Source: Leucoraja erinacea (taxonomy: Eukaryota). Taken from it: a stretch of 64,000 nucleotides of DNA. The translations under genes were made by a program, and so were the position numbers. Positions 1-12,715 of the stretch are shown here, one piece after another (the first letter of the stretch is position 1; every line of letters begins with the position of its first letter). Under the pieces are notes generated by a model. That model saw only the letters and a list, made by a program, of their open reading frames with translations, had not been told where the DNA came from and ran no database searches. The stretch covers positions 47,430,001-47,494,000 of the forward strand of contig NC_073387.1 of assembly GCF_028641065.1 (NCBI RefSeq). The letters run 5' to 3'.

Positions 1-145
1 AGCAAGCTGTTGAAAAGCAAGGCTGTTACAATGTGTTTTTTTCTGAAATATTGCTCAGCCACAATAGTAATAATGTTTCCTGTTGTGGGTAGGACTGATA
101 CGAAGGCCTGAGAGGAAGTAGAGGAGATTTACTAGGATGATGCCC

Positions 146-345
146 GGGAAGGGAGAACACAAAGTGCTGGAGGAAGTCAAAGGGTTTTGTGCAGCATCAC
201 TAGAGGGAATGAACAAACAATATTTTAGTTTGGGATGCTTCACACTCTTTCCTCTACCCATTCCCTCCGGAAATGCTGCCTGATCCACTAAGTTCCTCCA
301 GCACTGTGTGTCTTGCTCGTGATTCCAGTGTCTATGTCTCCTGGG
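146..345. mobile_element. Penelope-derived short inverted-repeat element, old copy
   Basis: cacaaagtgctggagga...gcagcatc is followed by its reverse complement gctgcctga...ttcctccagcactgtgtg; flanked by near-direct repeats cccggga/cctggga. Confidence 0.55.
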
Positions 346-611
346 ATGAGAGACTTTAATCAAGTAAATAGATTGGAGAAGCGAGGATTGTTCTACTGAG
401 AACAGAGAGAATCGAGAGGGGATAGATGGATTTAAATCACATGGGGTCTATAGGGAATCAATAGAGAAAACCTTTTTTCCCTCGGAGGAAGTGTCAAGAA
501 CTTGAGGACGCAGAATAAAAATCATTGGCAAAAGAATCTGAATTGACATGAGATAAATCTTTTGCACACAACAGGTGGTTAGGGTATGGATCCACAACTG
601 TGGAATAATGT

Positions 612-2821
612 GTCTTATTCTGAACTTAAAGAAAGGTAACTTTGAGGGTATGAGACATGAATTGGCCAAGATTGACTGGCAATTAATTCTAAAAGGGTTG
701 ACGGTGGATATGCAATGGAAGACATTTAAAGACTGCATGGATGAACTACAAAAATTGTTCATCCCAGTTTGGCAAAAGAATAAATCGGGGAAGGTAGTAC
801 ATCCGTGGATAACAAGGGAAATCAGGGGTAGTATCAAAGCGAAGGATGATGCGTACAAATTAGCCAGAAAAAGCAGCATACCGGAGGACTGGGAGAAATT
901 CAGAGACCAGCAGAGGAGGACAAAGGGCTTAATTAGGAAAGGAAAAATAGATTATGAAAGAAAACTGGTAGGAACATAAAAACTGACTGCAAAAGTTTTT
1001 ATAGATATGTGAAAAGAAAGAGATTAGTTAAAACAAATGTAGGTCCCTTGCAGTCAGAAACAGGTGAGTTGATCATGGGGAACAAGGATATGGCGGACCA
1101 ATTGAATAACTACTTTGGTTCCGTCTTCACTAAGGAAGACATAAATAATCTGCCGGAAATAGCAGGGGACCGCGGGTCAAAGGAGTTGGAGGAATTGAGT
1201 GAAATCCAGGTTAGCCGGGAAGTGGTGTTGGGTAAATTGAATGGATTAAAGGCCGATAAATCCCCAGGGCCAGATAGGCTGCATCCCAGAGTACTTAAGG
1301 AAGTAGCTCCAGAAATAGTGGATGCATTAGTAATAATCTTTCAAAACTCTTTAGATTCTGGAGTAGTTCCTGAGGATTGGCGGGTAGCAAACGTAACCCC
1401 ACTTTTTAAGAAGGGAGGGAGAGAGAAAACAGGGAATTACAGACCAGTTAGTCTAACATCGGTAGTGGGGAAACTGCTAGAGTCAGTTATTAAAGATGGG
1501 ATAGCAGCACATTTGGAAAGTGGTGAAATCATTGGACAAAGTCAGCATGGATTTACGAAAGGTAAATCATGTCTGACGAATCTTATAGAATTTTTCGAGG
1601 ATGTAACTAGTAGCGTGGATAGGGGAGAACCAGTGGATGTGGTGTATCTGGACTTCCAGAAGGCTTTCGACAAGGTCCCACATAAGAGATTAGTATACAA
1701 ACTTAAAGTACACGGCATTGGGGGTTCAGTATTGATGTGGATAGAGAACTGGCTGGCAAACAGGAAGCAAAGAGTAGGGGTAAACGGGTCCTTTTCACAA
1801 TGGCAGGTACCGCAAGGCTCAGTGCTGGGACCCCAGCTATTTACAATATATATTAATGATTTGGATGAGGGAATTGAAGGCAATATCCCCAAGTTTGCGG
1901 ATGACACTAAGCTGGGGGGCAGTGTTAGCTGTGAGGAGGATGCTAGGAGACTGCAAAGTGACTTGGATAGGCTGGGTGAGTGGGCAAATGTTTGGCAGAT
2001 GCAGTATAATGTGGATAAATGTGAGGTTATCCATTTTGGTGGCAAAAACAGGAAAGCAGACTATTATCTAAATGGTGGCCGACTAGGAAAAGGGGAGATG
2101 CAGCGAGACCTGGGTGTCATGGTACACCAGTCATTGAAAGTAGGCATGCAGGTGCAGCAGGCAGTGAAGAAAGCAAATGGTATGTTAGCTTTCATAGCAA
2201 AAGGATTTAAGTATAGGAGCAGGGAGGTTCTACTGCAGTTGTACAGGGTCTTGGTGAGACCACACCTGGAGTATTGCGTACAGTTTTGGTCTCCAAATCT
2301 GAGGAAGGACATTATTGCCATAGAGGGAGTGCAGAGAAGGTTCACCAGACTGATTCCTGGGATGTCAGGACTGTCTTATGAAGAAAGACTGGATAGACTT
2401 GGTTTATACTCTAGAATTTAGGAGATTGAGAGGGGATCTTATAGAAACTTACAAAATTCTTAAGGGGTTGGATAGGCTAGATGCAGGAAGATTGCTCCCG
2501 ATGTTGGGGAAGTCCAGGACAAGGGGTCACAGCTTAAGGATAAGGGGGAAATCCTTTAAAACCGAGATGAGAAGAACTTTTTTCACACAGAGAGTGGTGA
2601 ATCTCTGGAACTCTCTGCTACAGAGGGTAGTCGAGGCCAGTTCATTGGCCATATTTAAGAGGGAGTTAGATGTGGCCCTTGCGGCTAAGGGGATCAGAGG
2701 GTATGGAGAGAAGGCAGGTACGGGATACTGAGTTGGATGATCAGCCATGATCATATTGAATGGCGGTGCAGGCTCGAAGGGCCGAATGGCCTACTCCTGC
2801 ACCTAATTTCTATGTTTCTAT
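612..2821 (+). mobile_element. 5'-truncated CR1 LINE (young family; RT domain, frameshifted)
   Basis: ORFs 575-979, 1009-2421 and 2378-2731 encode CR1 ORF2 motifs ([45 protein letters not shown]). Frameshifts lie near 975 and 2412; the 3' tail ends in tttctatg repeats. Confidence 0.93.
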
Positions 2822-2934
2822 TCAATTATGGCATTGAGAAGAGAATTGGATGAGCATAAAAGGAAAAATAAATGCAGGATGATGGAGGAAGGTTGAGGGA
2901 ATGGAATTAGCTGGAAAGGTCTCGCAGAGAGATG

Positions 2935-3430
2935 GGTAATTGCATGGTTTGGAAACAGCTCCATACATGACCACAAATAATTGGGGAAAATTATCGCTGC
3001 AACCCAGAGCATCACACAAACCAACTTCCCTTCCATTTACTCCATTTACACTTTATGCTGCCTCAGCAAGGCCACCAACATAATCAAGGATGAGTCTCGC
3101 CCCGGTCACTCCCTCTTTTCCCTTCACCCAACAGGCAAAAGGTATAGAAGTGTGAAAATGAGCACCTCCAGATTATAATAGAGCCGTCACAGTGTGAAGA
3201 TACATGATAAAGGGAATAACATTTCTTCCCAGCTGCTATCGGGCAACTGAACCATTCCATCAACAACTGGAGAGCAGTCCTGAGCTACTATCTTCCTCAT
3301 TGGGGAAGATACTAGCTCAGGACTATTTTAAGCAAACTTTATTGGACTTTATCTTGCACTAGATGTTATTCCCTTTATCATGTATCTCTGTGGACGGCTT
3401 GATTGTAATCATGCATTTTCTTTCCGCTGA
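2935..3430 (+). mobile_element. Rex1/Babar-type LINE 3' fragment
   Basis: ORF 2981-3178 (AQSITQTNFPSI..IY..CCLSKATNIIKD.S.PGHSLFS..P.GKRYRS) has the same C-terminal motif as the copies at 14486-16430 and 28310-29555. Confidence 0.7.
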
Positions 3431-4081
3431 CTGGTTAGCATTAGGTTTAGGTTTATTATCGTCACGCCTACTGAGGTACAGTGAAAACCTATGTGTTGCA
3501 TGTTATCTCTATCTTTATCTTTTGCCAAAACCTGAAAAAGGGCATTCAGGGAGCAGAACAAAGTCTGCAATTGATTTTAATAGTTTAAAATATTTCTTGA
3601 CATTGTGCTATTTAGAAGCTTGCTAATATTGACGTAAATGTAAAAACAAAACAAAATTTTAAAACTAGTTGAAATCGAGGCACTCGAATATGCTACCTGA
3701 CATGCAATCACCAATGAAAGCTTGCTGCTCAACCCCTGGGAGAAAGGGACAGTCAGATTGGCCCTTGCTGTCCACTTCAGATAGGTTACAGGGGTTTCCG
3801 TGACGTTACCTGGCCTACACAGACCTTTTATGATTGATGACCTTTGAATTGTATTTTCAACAACTAACTTTATATTCCATCACCCTAACTGCCGAGTTAC
3901 TCTAAACATGATAAAAGGCAAATGAGCAGAAATTCATACAAAAAGGCATTTCCATATTGTCAGTTATCTAGAATGTTTGCTCTCTGCGCTTTGAATAATC
4001 TGTGCCTGCTGGAGTTTAACATTTTGTCTGCCCAGCCACCACACACATTACTGGACAGTCTGGTTTTAATAACTGCTTATC

Positions 4082-4222
4082 GGGGTGGAAGATTGCAACC
4101 TTCACGTGGTCCGCCCTGTTTTGACGAATGCAATCAACCCGGCGTGCACAATCAAATGAGATCAAATAGAACAAGTTGTCCTACAACTTTAGGCTGTGCA
4201 CGCCATACGCAAGAAGAAGAAG
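4082..4222 (+). mobile_element. Short retroposed insertion with (AAG)n tail, possibly a Vingi/Ingi-type 3' end
   Basis: Exact 11-bp target-site duplication aactgcttatc at 4071-4081 and 4223-4233; ends cgccatacgc(aag)4. The family assignment is from recall only. Confidence 0.6.
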
Positions 4223-5272
4223 AACTGCTTATCAAATATTAAGCCCATCCCTTTCAGCAGAACATGTTTGTAGGTATATATTTATATCTTTTGCATAGCA
4301 ATTGTACGGATCCTCTGTTTAATTTGCAAAAAAAGAGTTTAACCCAAAAGCTTTACCAAAAGAGACACAGAGTGCTCCAGTAACTCAAGTGAGTCAGGCA
4401 ACAACTCTCGAGAACATGGATAGGCAATGTTTCGGGTCTAACTGTAGTAGGTCGGGACACTTCTTCTTCGGACTATCTGTAGTAGGAGGGGATAAACCTG
4501 GAAGAGGGTCAGCGTTCTGCCAAACATAGCCACTCCCCCGAAGATGTATCCACCATTATGGACATTGTTTTGTCCATAAGTCAAAGACTTATGGACAAAA
4601 CAATGAGAAATCACTTTTCTTGTATTGCCTGCAGTTACTTTGTAATTTCTAAAATAAGATCCTGGACTGTTGTGGTAAAAGCAGTTAAATGAATTTGCAA
4701 GGATTAACACTGCATTTTTAACCCAGTCTGATTTTTATTGTTTTCTGTTGAGCATATTTCAAACAGTTGGATTCAAGATTTGCATGTAATGTGTTTGGCT
4801 AAACCCAAACATGCTTTGGCATTGCCAGCCCACATCATTCGACATTTGAAGGTCATAGCCTGTTGCAAGCTCCAAAAGGACTAATTCATAAGTTACACCA
4901 GATGACATTGATAGAAGGAATGGTGACATTTCATATTCAATAGATTGTATGGTTTTCATCAGAACATTATCCATGTTTTACATGACAGTGTACCTTTTGG
5001 GTAGTATGTAACCACATTAGCATCAGGTAACATAAGAGTTTAAATATTTCCCAATAGAAAGTGGTGCAAACAGTCAGTTGTGCAGCATTTGTGGAGTAGA
5101 GTGGCACTGTTTCACGTTTAACTACGTCATCATAACTAACTTCCAAGGCTTTATATTGTCTTTGTTTCTGCTGAATTCATTTAAAAGTATAGAATAGGAA
5201 ATTAGAACAGGAGATTTCTGTTAAGAGTCTATCAGTGGAGTTGTTATTATTGACTATAGCAACGAAAATACA

Positions 5273-5579
5273 GGCAGCCCAGTGGCACAGTTGGTAGAGC
5301 TGCTGCCTCACAGCGCATGAGATCCAGGTTTGACCCTGGCCTCGAGTGCTGTCTATGTGAAGTTTGCACTTTCTCCCTGTGACCACGTGGGTTTCCTCAA
5401 GGTGCTCCGGCTTCCTTCCACATCCGAAAGACGTGTCGGTTTGTAGGTTAATTGACCTCTGTAAATTGCCCAGAATACGTAGGGTAAAGTGGGATCACTT
5501 AGAATTAGTGTGAATGGGTGATAAATGGTCAGCATGGACACTCGCTGGGCTAGAGGGCCTGTTTCCATGCTGCATCTGT
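5273..5579 (+). mobile_element. tRNA-derived V-SINE (HE1-like)
   Basis: A-box-like tggcacagttgg, V-domain gtttgcactttctccctgtgaccacgtgggtttcctc...ggtgctccgg, and CR1-like tail gggcctgtttccatgctg. Confidence 0.8.
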
Positions 5580-5886
5580 AAGCATCAAATATTCAACATG
5601 ATTATTAAAATTAAATTATTTACCATTATTCTATAGTTATTCTTGAATGTATCCTTTCCTATTTAAGATGCATGTGTACCAGTAGTTGCATTACAGTGAA
5701 TTTACTTTGCATTGGTTGAGCTAACAAAGTAATTCTTTGTTGATAGGCTTTGTCAAATGGCTTGCCTGATGTGGTGTTTATAGTTGTGGTTTATTGTATG
5801 AATATAAATTGCTAAAATATATATCCAAACTTTATTTACCAAAATAAAAGGAAACTGTTGACTATATCTTTATCTTTACATTGCAG

Positions 5887-5919
5887 GCTAAACCCCAAGC
5901 GAAAACCCAGTCTCACTAG
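5887..5919 (+). CDS. ARHGAP26: ARHGAP26 candidate 33-nt microexon, (x)LNPKRKPSLT(S)
   Basis: Acceptor ctttacattgcag, donor AG|gtatgt. Symmetric phase 2/2 and stop-free in the frame that joins the exon at 12611 (AG+T=Ser). Confidence 0.6.
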   Translation, partial: AKPQAKTQSH

Positions 5920-6599
5920 GTATGTACATTGTAATGCATCAACAATATAATCTACACATATGGTTTTATGGTGATTGGGTAAATACAATAACGTGAAACA
6001 GCCTTGGTTAATAAATTCCTCGTATGTTGAAAAACATACTTGGCTAATAAAGTATTATTGTGATTGAGATTGGTTATGTAAGATATGTTACAAAACTTGC
6101 TTCCTTTTCGGCAACATATTGAATGTCTTCAAACCTGCAAGTGCAAGCCTTGCTTACATATTATAGACAACAAAGTACATAGTTGGAGGCCGTCATAGAA
6201 TCATTTATATCTCCAAGTAGTGCATAGTGCACATCTCGTATCTTCTTGGTTCATATTAATCAGCACCCATTTCTCCCCTTCTCCCTCCCCTCCACTGAAA
6301 ATCCTTCCTCTGGCTTCATAATTCAAACAACTTTTCTATCCACATCCCACACCTCATGTCTTTTCATCTCTTGCCATCTACCATATGACCATCTACCTAT
6401 CAAAAAAAAAAACTCACCTGTATCCAACTCACTCACTAGGCTTTCTTCTGCCCCTCTCCCCTTTCAGCTTTCTCTCCCCCGACTCCCACTCGAAGCTCCT
6501 GACCTGAAACATCATCTATCCACACTCTATAAGGATGCTGCCTGACCTACTGAGTAACTCCAGAACTTTATTTTTCATGGACAATTTTTCCCCAATTCT

Positions 6600-7000
6600 C
6601 ACTCTTCCTTTCCCACCTTCCTCCTCTCTCCCCTCTTCCTCTCTCTCCCCCTCTCTCTCTCTCTCCCCCTCTTCCTCTCTCTCTCCTCTCTCTCTCTCCC
6701 CCTCTTCCTCTCTCTCCCCCTCTTCCTCTCTCTCCCCCTCTTCCTCTCTCTCTCCTTCCTCTCTCTCTCTTCTCTCTGTCTCTCTCCCTCTCTCTCCTAT
6801 TTTCCTCTCTCTCCCCCCTCTTCCTCTCTCTTCCCCTTTCTCTCTCCCACTCATCCTCTCCCTCTCTACCCCCCCTTCCTTCCTCTCTCCCTCCTTCCTC
6901 TCTCTCGATGCCTTCCTTTCTCTCCCCCTTCCCCTCTCTGTCTCTCACTACTCTTTTCTCTCCCCCCTTCCTCTCTCTCCCCCTCCCCTCTCCCCCCTAT
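6600..7000. repeat. CT-rich polypyrimidine low-complexity tract
   Basis: ~400 bp almost purely C/T, with repeated ~18-bp units such as tcttcctctctctccccc. Confidence 0.9.
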
Positions 7001-7014
7001 TTTTTTGTTTACAC

Positions 7015-7520
7015 TAGTCATAGATAGAGTCTAAAAACAGGCCCTTTGGTCCAACTCATCCATGCATGACCCATATTCATCCAAGACTTCCCCATTCATG
7101 TACGTATTTAAATATCTTTTAAATGTCATTATTGTAACCACCTCCACCACTGTCTCTGGTAGCTCATTCAATGTACACATCTTCTCTGTGCAGAACTTCC
7201 CCCTCAGGTCCCTTTTAAATCTTTCCCCTCTCACCTTAAATCTATGCCCTCCAGTTTTAGATTCCATTCCCCGGAGGCAACAATTGTAACCATTCATCAT
7301 ATCTATGCCCCTCATGATTTAAGATACCTCTATAAGGTCACCCCCCAGCCTCCTACTCTCCAGGGAAAAAATACATAGCCTATCCAGACTCAAGCCTTCC
7401 AAACCCGGTAACATCCTCGTTAACCCTTTTTTGCACTCTTTCCAGTTCAATGACTTCCTTCCTGTAGCAGGGCGACCAGATCTATTCACAGTACAACATA
7501 TGCAGCCGTACAAACATTGT
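7015..7520 (-). mobile_element. Old CR1 3' fragment
   Basis: ORFs 7031-7315 and 7319-7573 carry the CR1 C-terminus (TRMLPGLEGLS..RL..FSLE.RRL.GDLIEV; SKTGGHRFKVRGERF). Confidence 0.8.
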
Positions 7521-9304
7521 GTACTAATCAAAATTTGGCTGAAAGTCTGCCAGATGGCAGGCCTATTTAACATTTTCTGAGAAATTGGTAAACCTACAAT
7601 AACTTCCAGTATCCCTTCTTCTACTCATTCTCACCACCCACTGCCAGTTATCACAATCTGAGCCGGCATAGGTTATCATGGCAAATTCCACTTAAATGCT
7701 TAGGAATCAAAGTATGATTGAGATAATGTAGGGACGATAAATCCAGTGCCATCTGTCCAGCAATAAATCTTGGACTTTATACTTGACAGTAGGTTTGCAG
7801 ATGTCCATGTCTTAAGTTTAAACAGCTGAAAGCCAGAGGTTCCAAGAGGAACCACCAATTCCAGCCAGGAAGATTAGCCCCATTCTTTACACTATGATTT
7901 TCTAAGTTAGTTACTTGTTACAACTGAGGAAGAGGTTATATTGGGTCCATGCAAGCTCTCAAAAGAACAATCAAGTCCTTTTTAGTTTCTTATAACCCCA
8001 CAACATATTCTCACTAGTATCCCCGTTTAATTATTTTACCACGTGCCTACACTGTTTTAGTGACCAGTTCAACTACCTGTACAACTCTAGAATGTGAAGG
8101 GAAACTGAAGCGCCTGGCGCATAATTCACAAGGAGAGTGTGCAACCTCCACACAGATGACACCCAAAGTCAGGCTTGAACTCTAGTCCTTGGAGCTGTGA
8201 CGTAACAGTGCTAACTGTAGCACATTGTTACTGGATCAAGGCGATGATTCTCCCAGTTGACAGGAACATCACTGTCAAAAAATTAAAAGTTGCCAATGGT
8301 TGAAATAAAAATTAAAAACAAAGTGTTGACAACATTCATGCAGTGCTTATAGCGAGGCAAAAACAATGATGTTTGGATTAGGGTCCCTTCCTCAGGATTG
8401 GTCCTGATCCAAAACATTAATGTCTGTTTACTCCATACGCACCACTTCACCTTTACTGCTTGTGTTTCAGAATTTTACCATCTGATTTTTGTTCATTGCC
8501 ATTTTCTTTCCATGAACGCAAGTCTTAAAATGCTGTTCCTTACTTTGCTATGGCTTCTATTATCTGTTTGCCGTCAATGCTCTCTTTCATTTCTAGTGCT
8601 TTCTAATAGCTGCTTTCATAGCCATCTCTACTCTTAGCACGTATTTCCAGCTCTGACTCATTTTGAATTAATTTGTCTTTGTGCAACCTTACTGTAAAGA
8701 CATACCACATGCTGCTTCTGTGCGTTTTTAGAATCAGCTTTCACCTCAACGTCCTCATTTCAATATTTTCCACAGGATAACATTTGACCTATCAAAAAGT
8801 ATTATATCCCTTTAACTTATTCTCACAAGAGACGAGGGATTTAACTTATTCCAACATCAATTCTTAATAATGGGTTCCTTTGTATTTTTCTATGATGTAT
8901 TGTATGGATCTTTGCAAAGATGTCATTGAGTGGTTAGTTCCACTGAACCTTCAATATTCTGTTTCTTTGTCGTTATGACAACAGCGACAAAGAATAATAT
9001 AAAAATCCATCACATTTTTCATTAGGAGTACATGCTCCTCACCTCCCTCTAAATTATTTAAAATCACTGATTCAATTTTTTGACTGTGCATTATTTCTAA
9101 TTTGTCTCAAAAACAGGACACACTGGAACTACTCATTGGACGAGGCAACATTGGTTACCATTTACTATAAATGCTGAAATATTAGCTCTGATCCTTTCTC
9201 GTTAGATGCTGCCTAATCGGCTGAGAATTTCCAACATATTGTGAACTTTCCAGTTTCTGCAGTCATAATTTATCACCTGACCATATGACCATATCAGAAA
9301 ATGT

Positions 9305-9476
9305 CTTGCATTACACTCCTGACACAATCCTTGCATTACACTCCTGACACAATCCTTGCATTACACTCCTGCATTACACTCCTGACATCCTTGCAATCCT
9401 TGCATTACACTCCTGACACAATCCTTGCATTACACTCCTGACACAATCCTTGCATTACACTCCTGACACAATCCTT
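9305..9476. repeat. 25-bp minisatellite
   Basis: Unit cttgcattacactcctgacacaatc, ~6-7 copies, with a rearranged central region. Confidence 0.92.
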
Positions 9477-11010
9477 TCTTCACTTTGAAATTCCAATTGT
9501 TTGTTGTTCCCATATACATGTTTTGCAGTTGTCAGGTAATCTTTAATACTAGTCTTTTATTTTTTTTAAAAGACCATCTTATGTAGGGCACATCCACACT
9601 TTTACTCACTCACCATTGATTATTAGCCCTACTTTGAAGATCTGATCCTTCTTTGGTTGTACTTCCCACTTCCTTTCAACTTTGTTTTGTCCTTTGTTAT
9701 ACACAGAAACACTAGTTAATGTAATTCCTACCCACCAGAGGGATTTTGAAATTTCTTTGCTTCTTCCTGACCTAATGAAAGCGCATTCACCTCAGATAAT
9801 CACTCCTCCTTTTTGTTACCTATTATACTTTGATCCCGTTTCTCTTGCACTTTCCTCTGTAATAAACCCAATTTAGAAAGTCCAAGGAATGGAAGAAATC
9901 ATTGTCTCTTCAGAAAGGATTTGCTTGTTTTTTGCAGTCAGTAGTAAACAAGCAAACCTTGTGCTGTCGACAAAGGCCTTGTCTTCTACGACATGGGCTT
10001 CCTCCCACCTAGCATTGGTAGAAGTCAGGCATCTGTTCAAGGAATCCTGGCATGTAGCAGCATGATTTCATCAACCTCTGGACCAATGCAAAGCACAAAT
10101 CCAAAAAGCACAATTTCTAATTATTTAAACATCTTGAACGACTTCCATTAAATAAGGATGGAGGTTTGTATGTACACACGTACACAAGTCATTTCATAAG
10201 CAATACATTTTTTTTTTAAATGTCTGTGCTAATTTAATTATGGTTTAGTGCTGCATAACATGGAATGTTTTCAGCATTTTATAATATTGACCAGTTCTTA
10301 GATGGTTTTATGTTCTCATTAATTTAAGTGACAATCTTGATTTTCTTGGAGAAGGCTGTAAACAATGCAGCTTGTGGCAGAGAGGTGAAACATTAAATAC
10401 ACAATTAGAGCGTGTGTTAAACATACAAGTGGAAATATTTGATCAATTTTCATTGTATTTATGGTAAACTATGTAAAGCCATAATTATTAGTTATGATCT
10501 TTTTTTGGGCCCCGATAAATTAATTTGTGAATTTTTAGCATACTGTATTGTTGCTGATTGTAATTATTGAAACTCCCCCCTTAATAACGCTGTGGGAATA
10601 CTTTTTATCTGAAGAACTGCAGTGCACACAATGGTGGCACATTACTATGTCCTTGAGCAGTCATGGATGGACAGTAAATGTAGCCCTTAACACAGAGGCT
10701 AGGATTCTGGAAAATGAATAACAAAATAGAGTTATGGCTTCTGGTCAATACTGCTAAAAAGTCCAGTCATTTTGGTCATGCCATGTTATTTAAATCACTG
10801 CTACTATGGAGGGAGCATTCTCTCTGATTCTTGGTCTCTCTGCTTTGCTCTTCATTAGTCATCTGATACATAACTAAATTAATTTAGTATTTCATTATTT
10901 GAAGAAATCTGACCTAATAAGAAAATACTTTTTGTATTCTTAGAAAGAATTAATGTTTTTAGACAGTAGTTGCTAACATGTTGGTAAGAAACATGACCTT
11001 TCACAAGATA

Positions 11011-12216
11011 ATAGAAACATAGAAAATAGGTGCAGGAGTAGGCTATTTGGCCCTACGATCCTGCACCGCCATTCAATATGATCATGGCTGATCATCCAAC
11101 TCAGTATCCTGTACCTGCCTTCTTTCTATACCCCCTGATCCCTTTAGCCACAAGGGCCACATCTATCTCCTTCTTAAATATAGCCAATGAACTGGCCTCA
11201 ACTACATTCTGTGGCAGAGAATTCCACAGATTCACCACTCTCTGTGTAAAAAATGTTCTTCTCATCTCAGTCCTAAATGATTTCCCCTTTATCCTTAAAC
11301 TGTGACCCCTTGTTCTGGACTTCCCCAACATCGGGAACAATCTTCCTGCATCTAGCCTGTCCAACCCCTTAAGAATTTTGTAAGTTTCTATAAGATCCCC
11401 CCTCAATCTTCTAAATTCTAGCGAGTACAAGCCGAGTCTACCCAGTCTTTCTTCATATGAAAGTCCTGGCATCCCAGGAATCAGTCTGGTGAACTTTCTC
11501 TGTACTCCCTCTATGGCAAGAATGTCCTTCCTCAGATTAGGAGACCAAAACTGTACGCAATACTCCAGGTGTGGTCTCAAGACCCTGTACTGCAGTAGAA
11601 TCTCCCTGCTCCTATACTCAAATCCTTTTGTATGAATGCTAACATACCATTCGCTTTCTTCACTGCCTGCTGCACATGCATGCCTACTTTCAATGACTGG
11701 TGTACCATGACACCCAGGTCTCGTTGCATCTCCCCTTTTCCTAATCGGCCACCATTCAGATAATAGTCTACTTTCCTGTTTTTGCCACCGAAGTGGATAA
11801 CCTCACATTTATCCACATTATACTGCATCTGCCATGCATTTGCCCACTCACCCAGCCTATCCAAGTCACCTTGCAGCCTCCTAGCATCCTCCTCACAGCC
11901 CAGCACTGCCCCCCAGCTTTGTGTCATCCGCAAACTTGGAGTTGCATTCAATTCCCTCGTCCAAATCATTAATATATATTGTAAATAGCTGGGGTCCCAG
12001 CACTGAGCCTTGCGGTACCCCACTAGTTACTGTCTGCCATTCTGAAAAGGACCCGTTTGCTCCTACTCTTTGCTCCCTGTCTGCCAGCCAGTTCTCTATC
12101 CACATCAATACTGAACCCCCAATACCGTGTGCTTTAAGCTTGTATACTAACCTCTTATGTGGGACCTTGTCAAAAGCCTTCTGAAAGTCCAGATATAACA
12201 CATCCACTGGTTCTCC
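11011..12216 (-). mobile_element. CR1 LINE, 5'-truncated (same family as 612-2821)
   Basis: ORFs 11893-12207, 11577-12023 and 11101-11580 are near-identical to the + strand copy; tail atagaaacatagaaa at 11011. Confidence 0.92.
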
Positions 12217-12610
12217 ATGAACTGGTAATGAACGAATGCAGCCGTAAAGAAAATGATCCCAAATGTTTCCTTTCCTTCCCCTTTGATGTATTAAGTAAAT
12301 ACAGGTGATAATTGTAATAACCCTTTCTAATAATATTTTTGATCAGAAATTCCAGCAAATGAGCAGTTAAAATGTGATTCATGCTCTGTAAATGTGTCTT
12401 TGGACCATATTTGGAGCTCGGTGTCCTGTTGAAATTAATCATCTTTTTAGTTGCAGTGAGAAGTCATCAAAATGGGATGTAGTCAGAAAAAATCCTCAAT
12501 TAGGCATGCTAACCCGAGTCCTTTGCTTTATTCCTTAAAACCTTATCCGATGCTTGCTAACATTATTTTAATTTGTTTTTCAGTTTTTAATACTCTTGCT
12601 TATTTTCTAG

Positions 12611-12715
12611 TCCTCTTCCTCCCAGTCCCAGTACACCACTGTCACCCACATCGCCTATGGTTTCAGCACCTTCAAGTCCAGTTCCTGTTTCCTCCAGCGA
12701 CTCTTCCCCTCTCAG
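12611..12715 (+). CDS. ARHGAP26: ARHGAP26 Pro/Ser-rich exon (S)PLPPSPSTPLSPTSPMVSAPSSPVPVSSSDSSPL(S)
   Basis: Acceptor tattttctag, donor AG|gtttgg, 105 nt, phase 2/2. Resembles the human GRAF1 linker LPPNPSPTSPLSPSWPMFSAPSSP..SSDSSP and is in frame with the SH3 exon. Confidence 0.9.

Larger units (their letters stand above)
86..2935 (+). mobile_element. Old, degenerate CR1-type LINE 3' fragment split by younger insertions at 146-345 and 612-2821
   Basis: Decayed CR1 ORF2 C-terminal sequence (aggagatttactaggatgatgcc...tagattggagaagcgaggattgttc...caggtggttagggtatgg) stops at ~605 and resumes at ~2822 (tcaattatggcattgagaagagaattggatg). Confidence 0.6.

Noticed and set aside
1009-2421. Active autonomous LINE or domesticated RT gene
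   Set aside because: 5'-truncated (no ORF1 or complete endonuclease), with frameshifts and an in-frame deletion before VPQGSVLGP.
6516-7017. Long ORFs on both strands (Glu/Arg/Gly-rich and Ser/Pro/Leu-rich)
   Set aside because: Artefacts of the CT-rich low-complexity tract.
9305-9476. Regular short repeats suggesting a CRISPR array (also 61130-61350)
   Set aside because: Head-to-tail repeats with no unique spacers, in a vertebrate intron.
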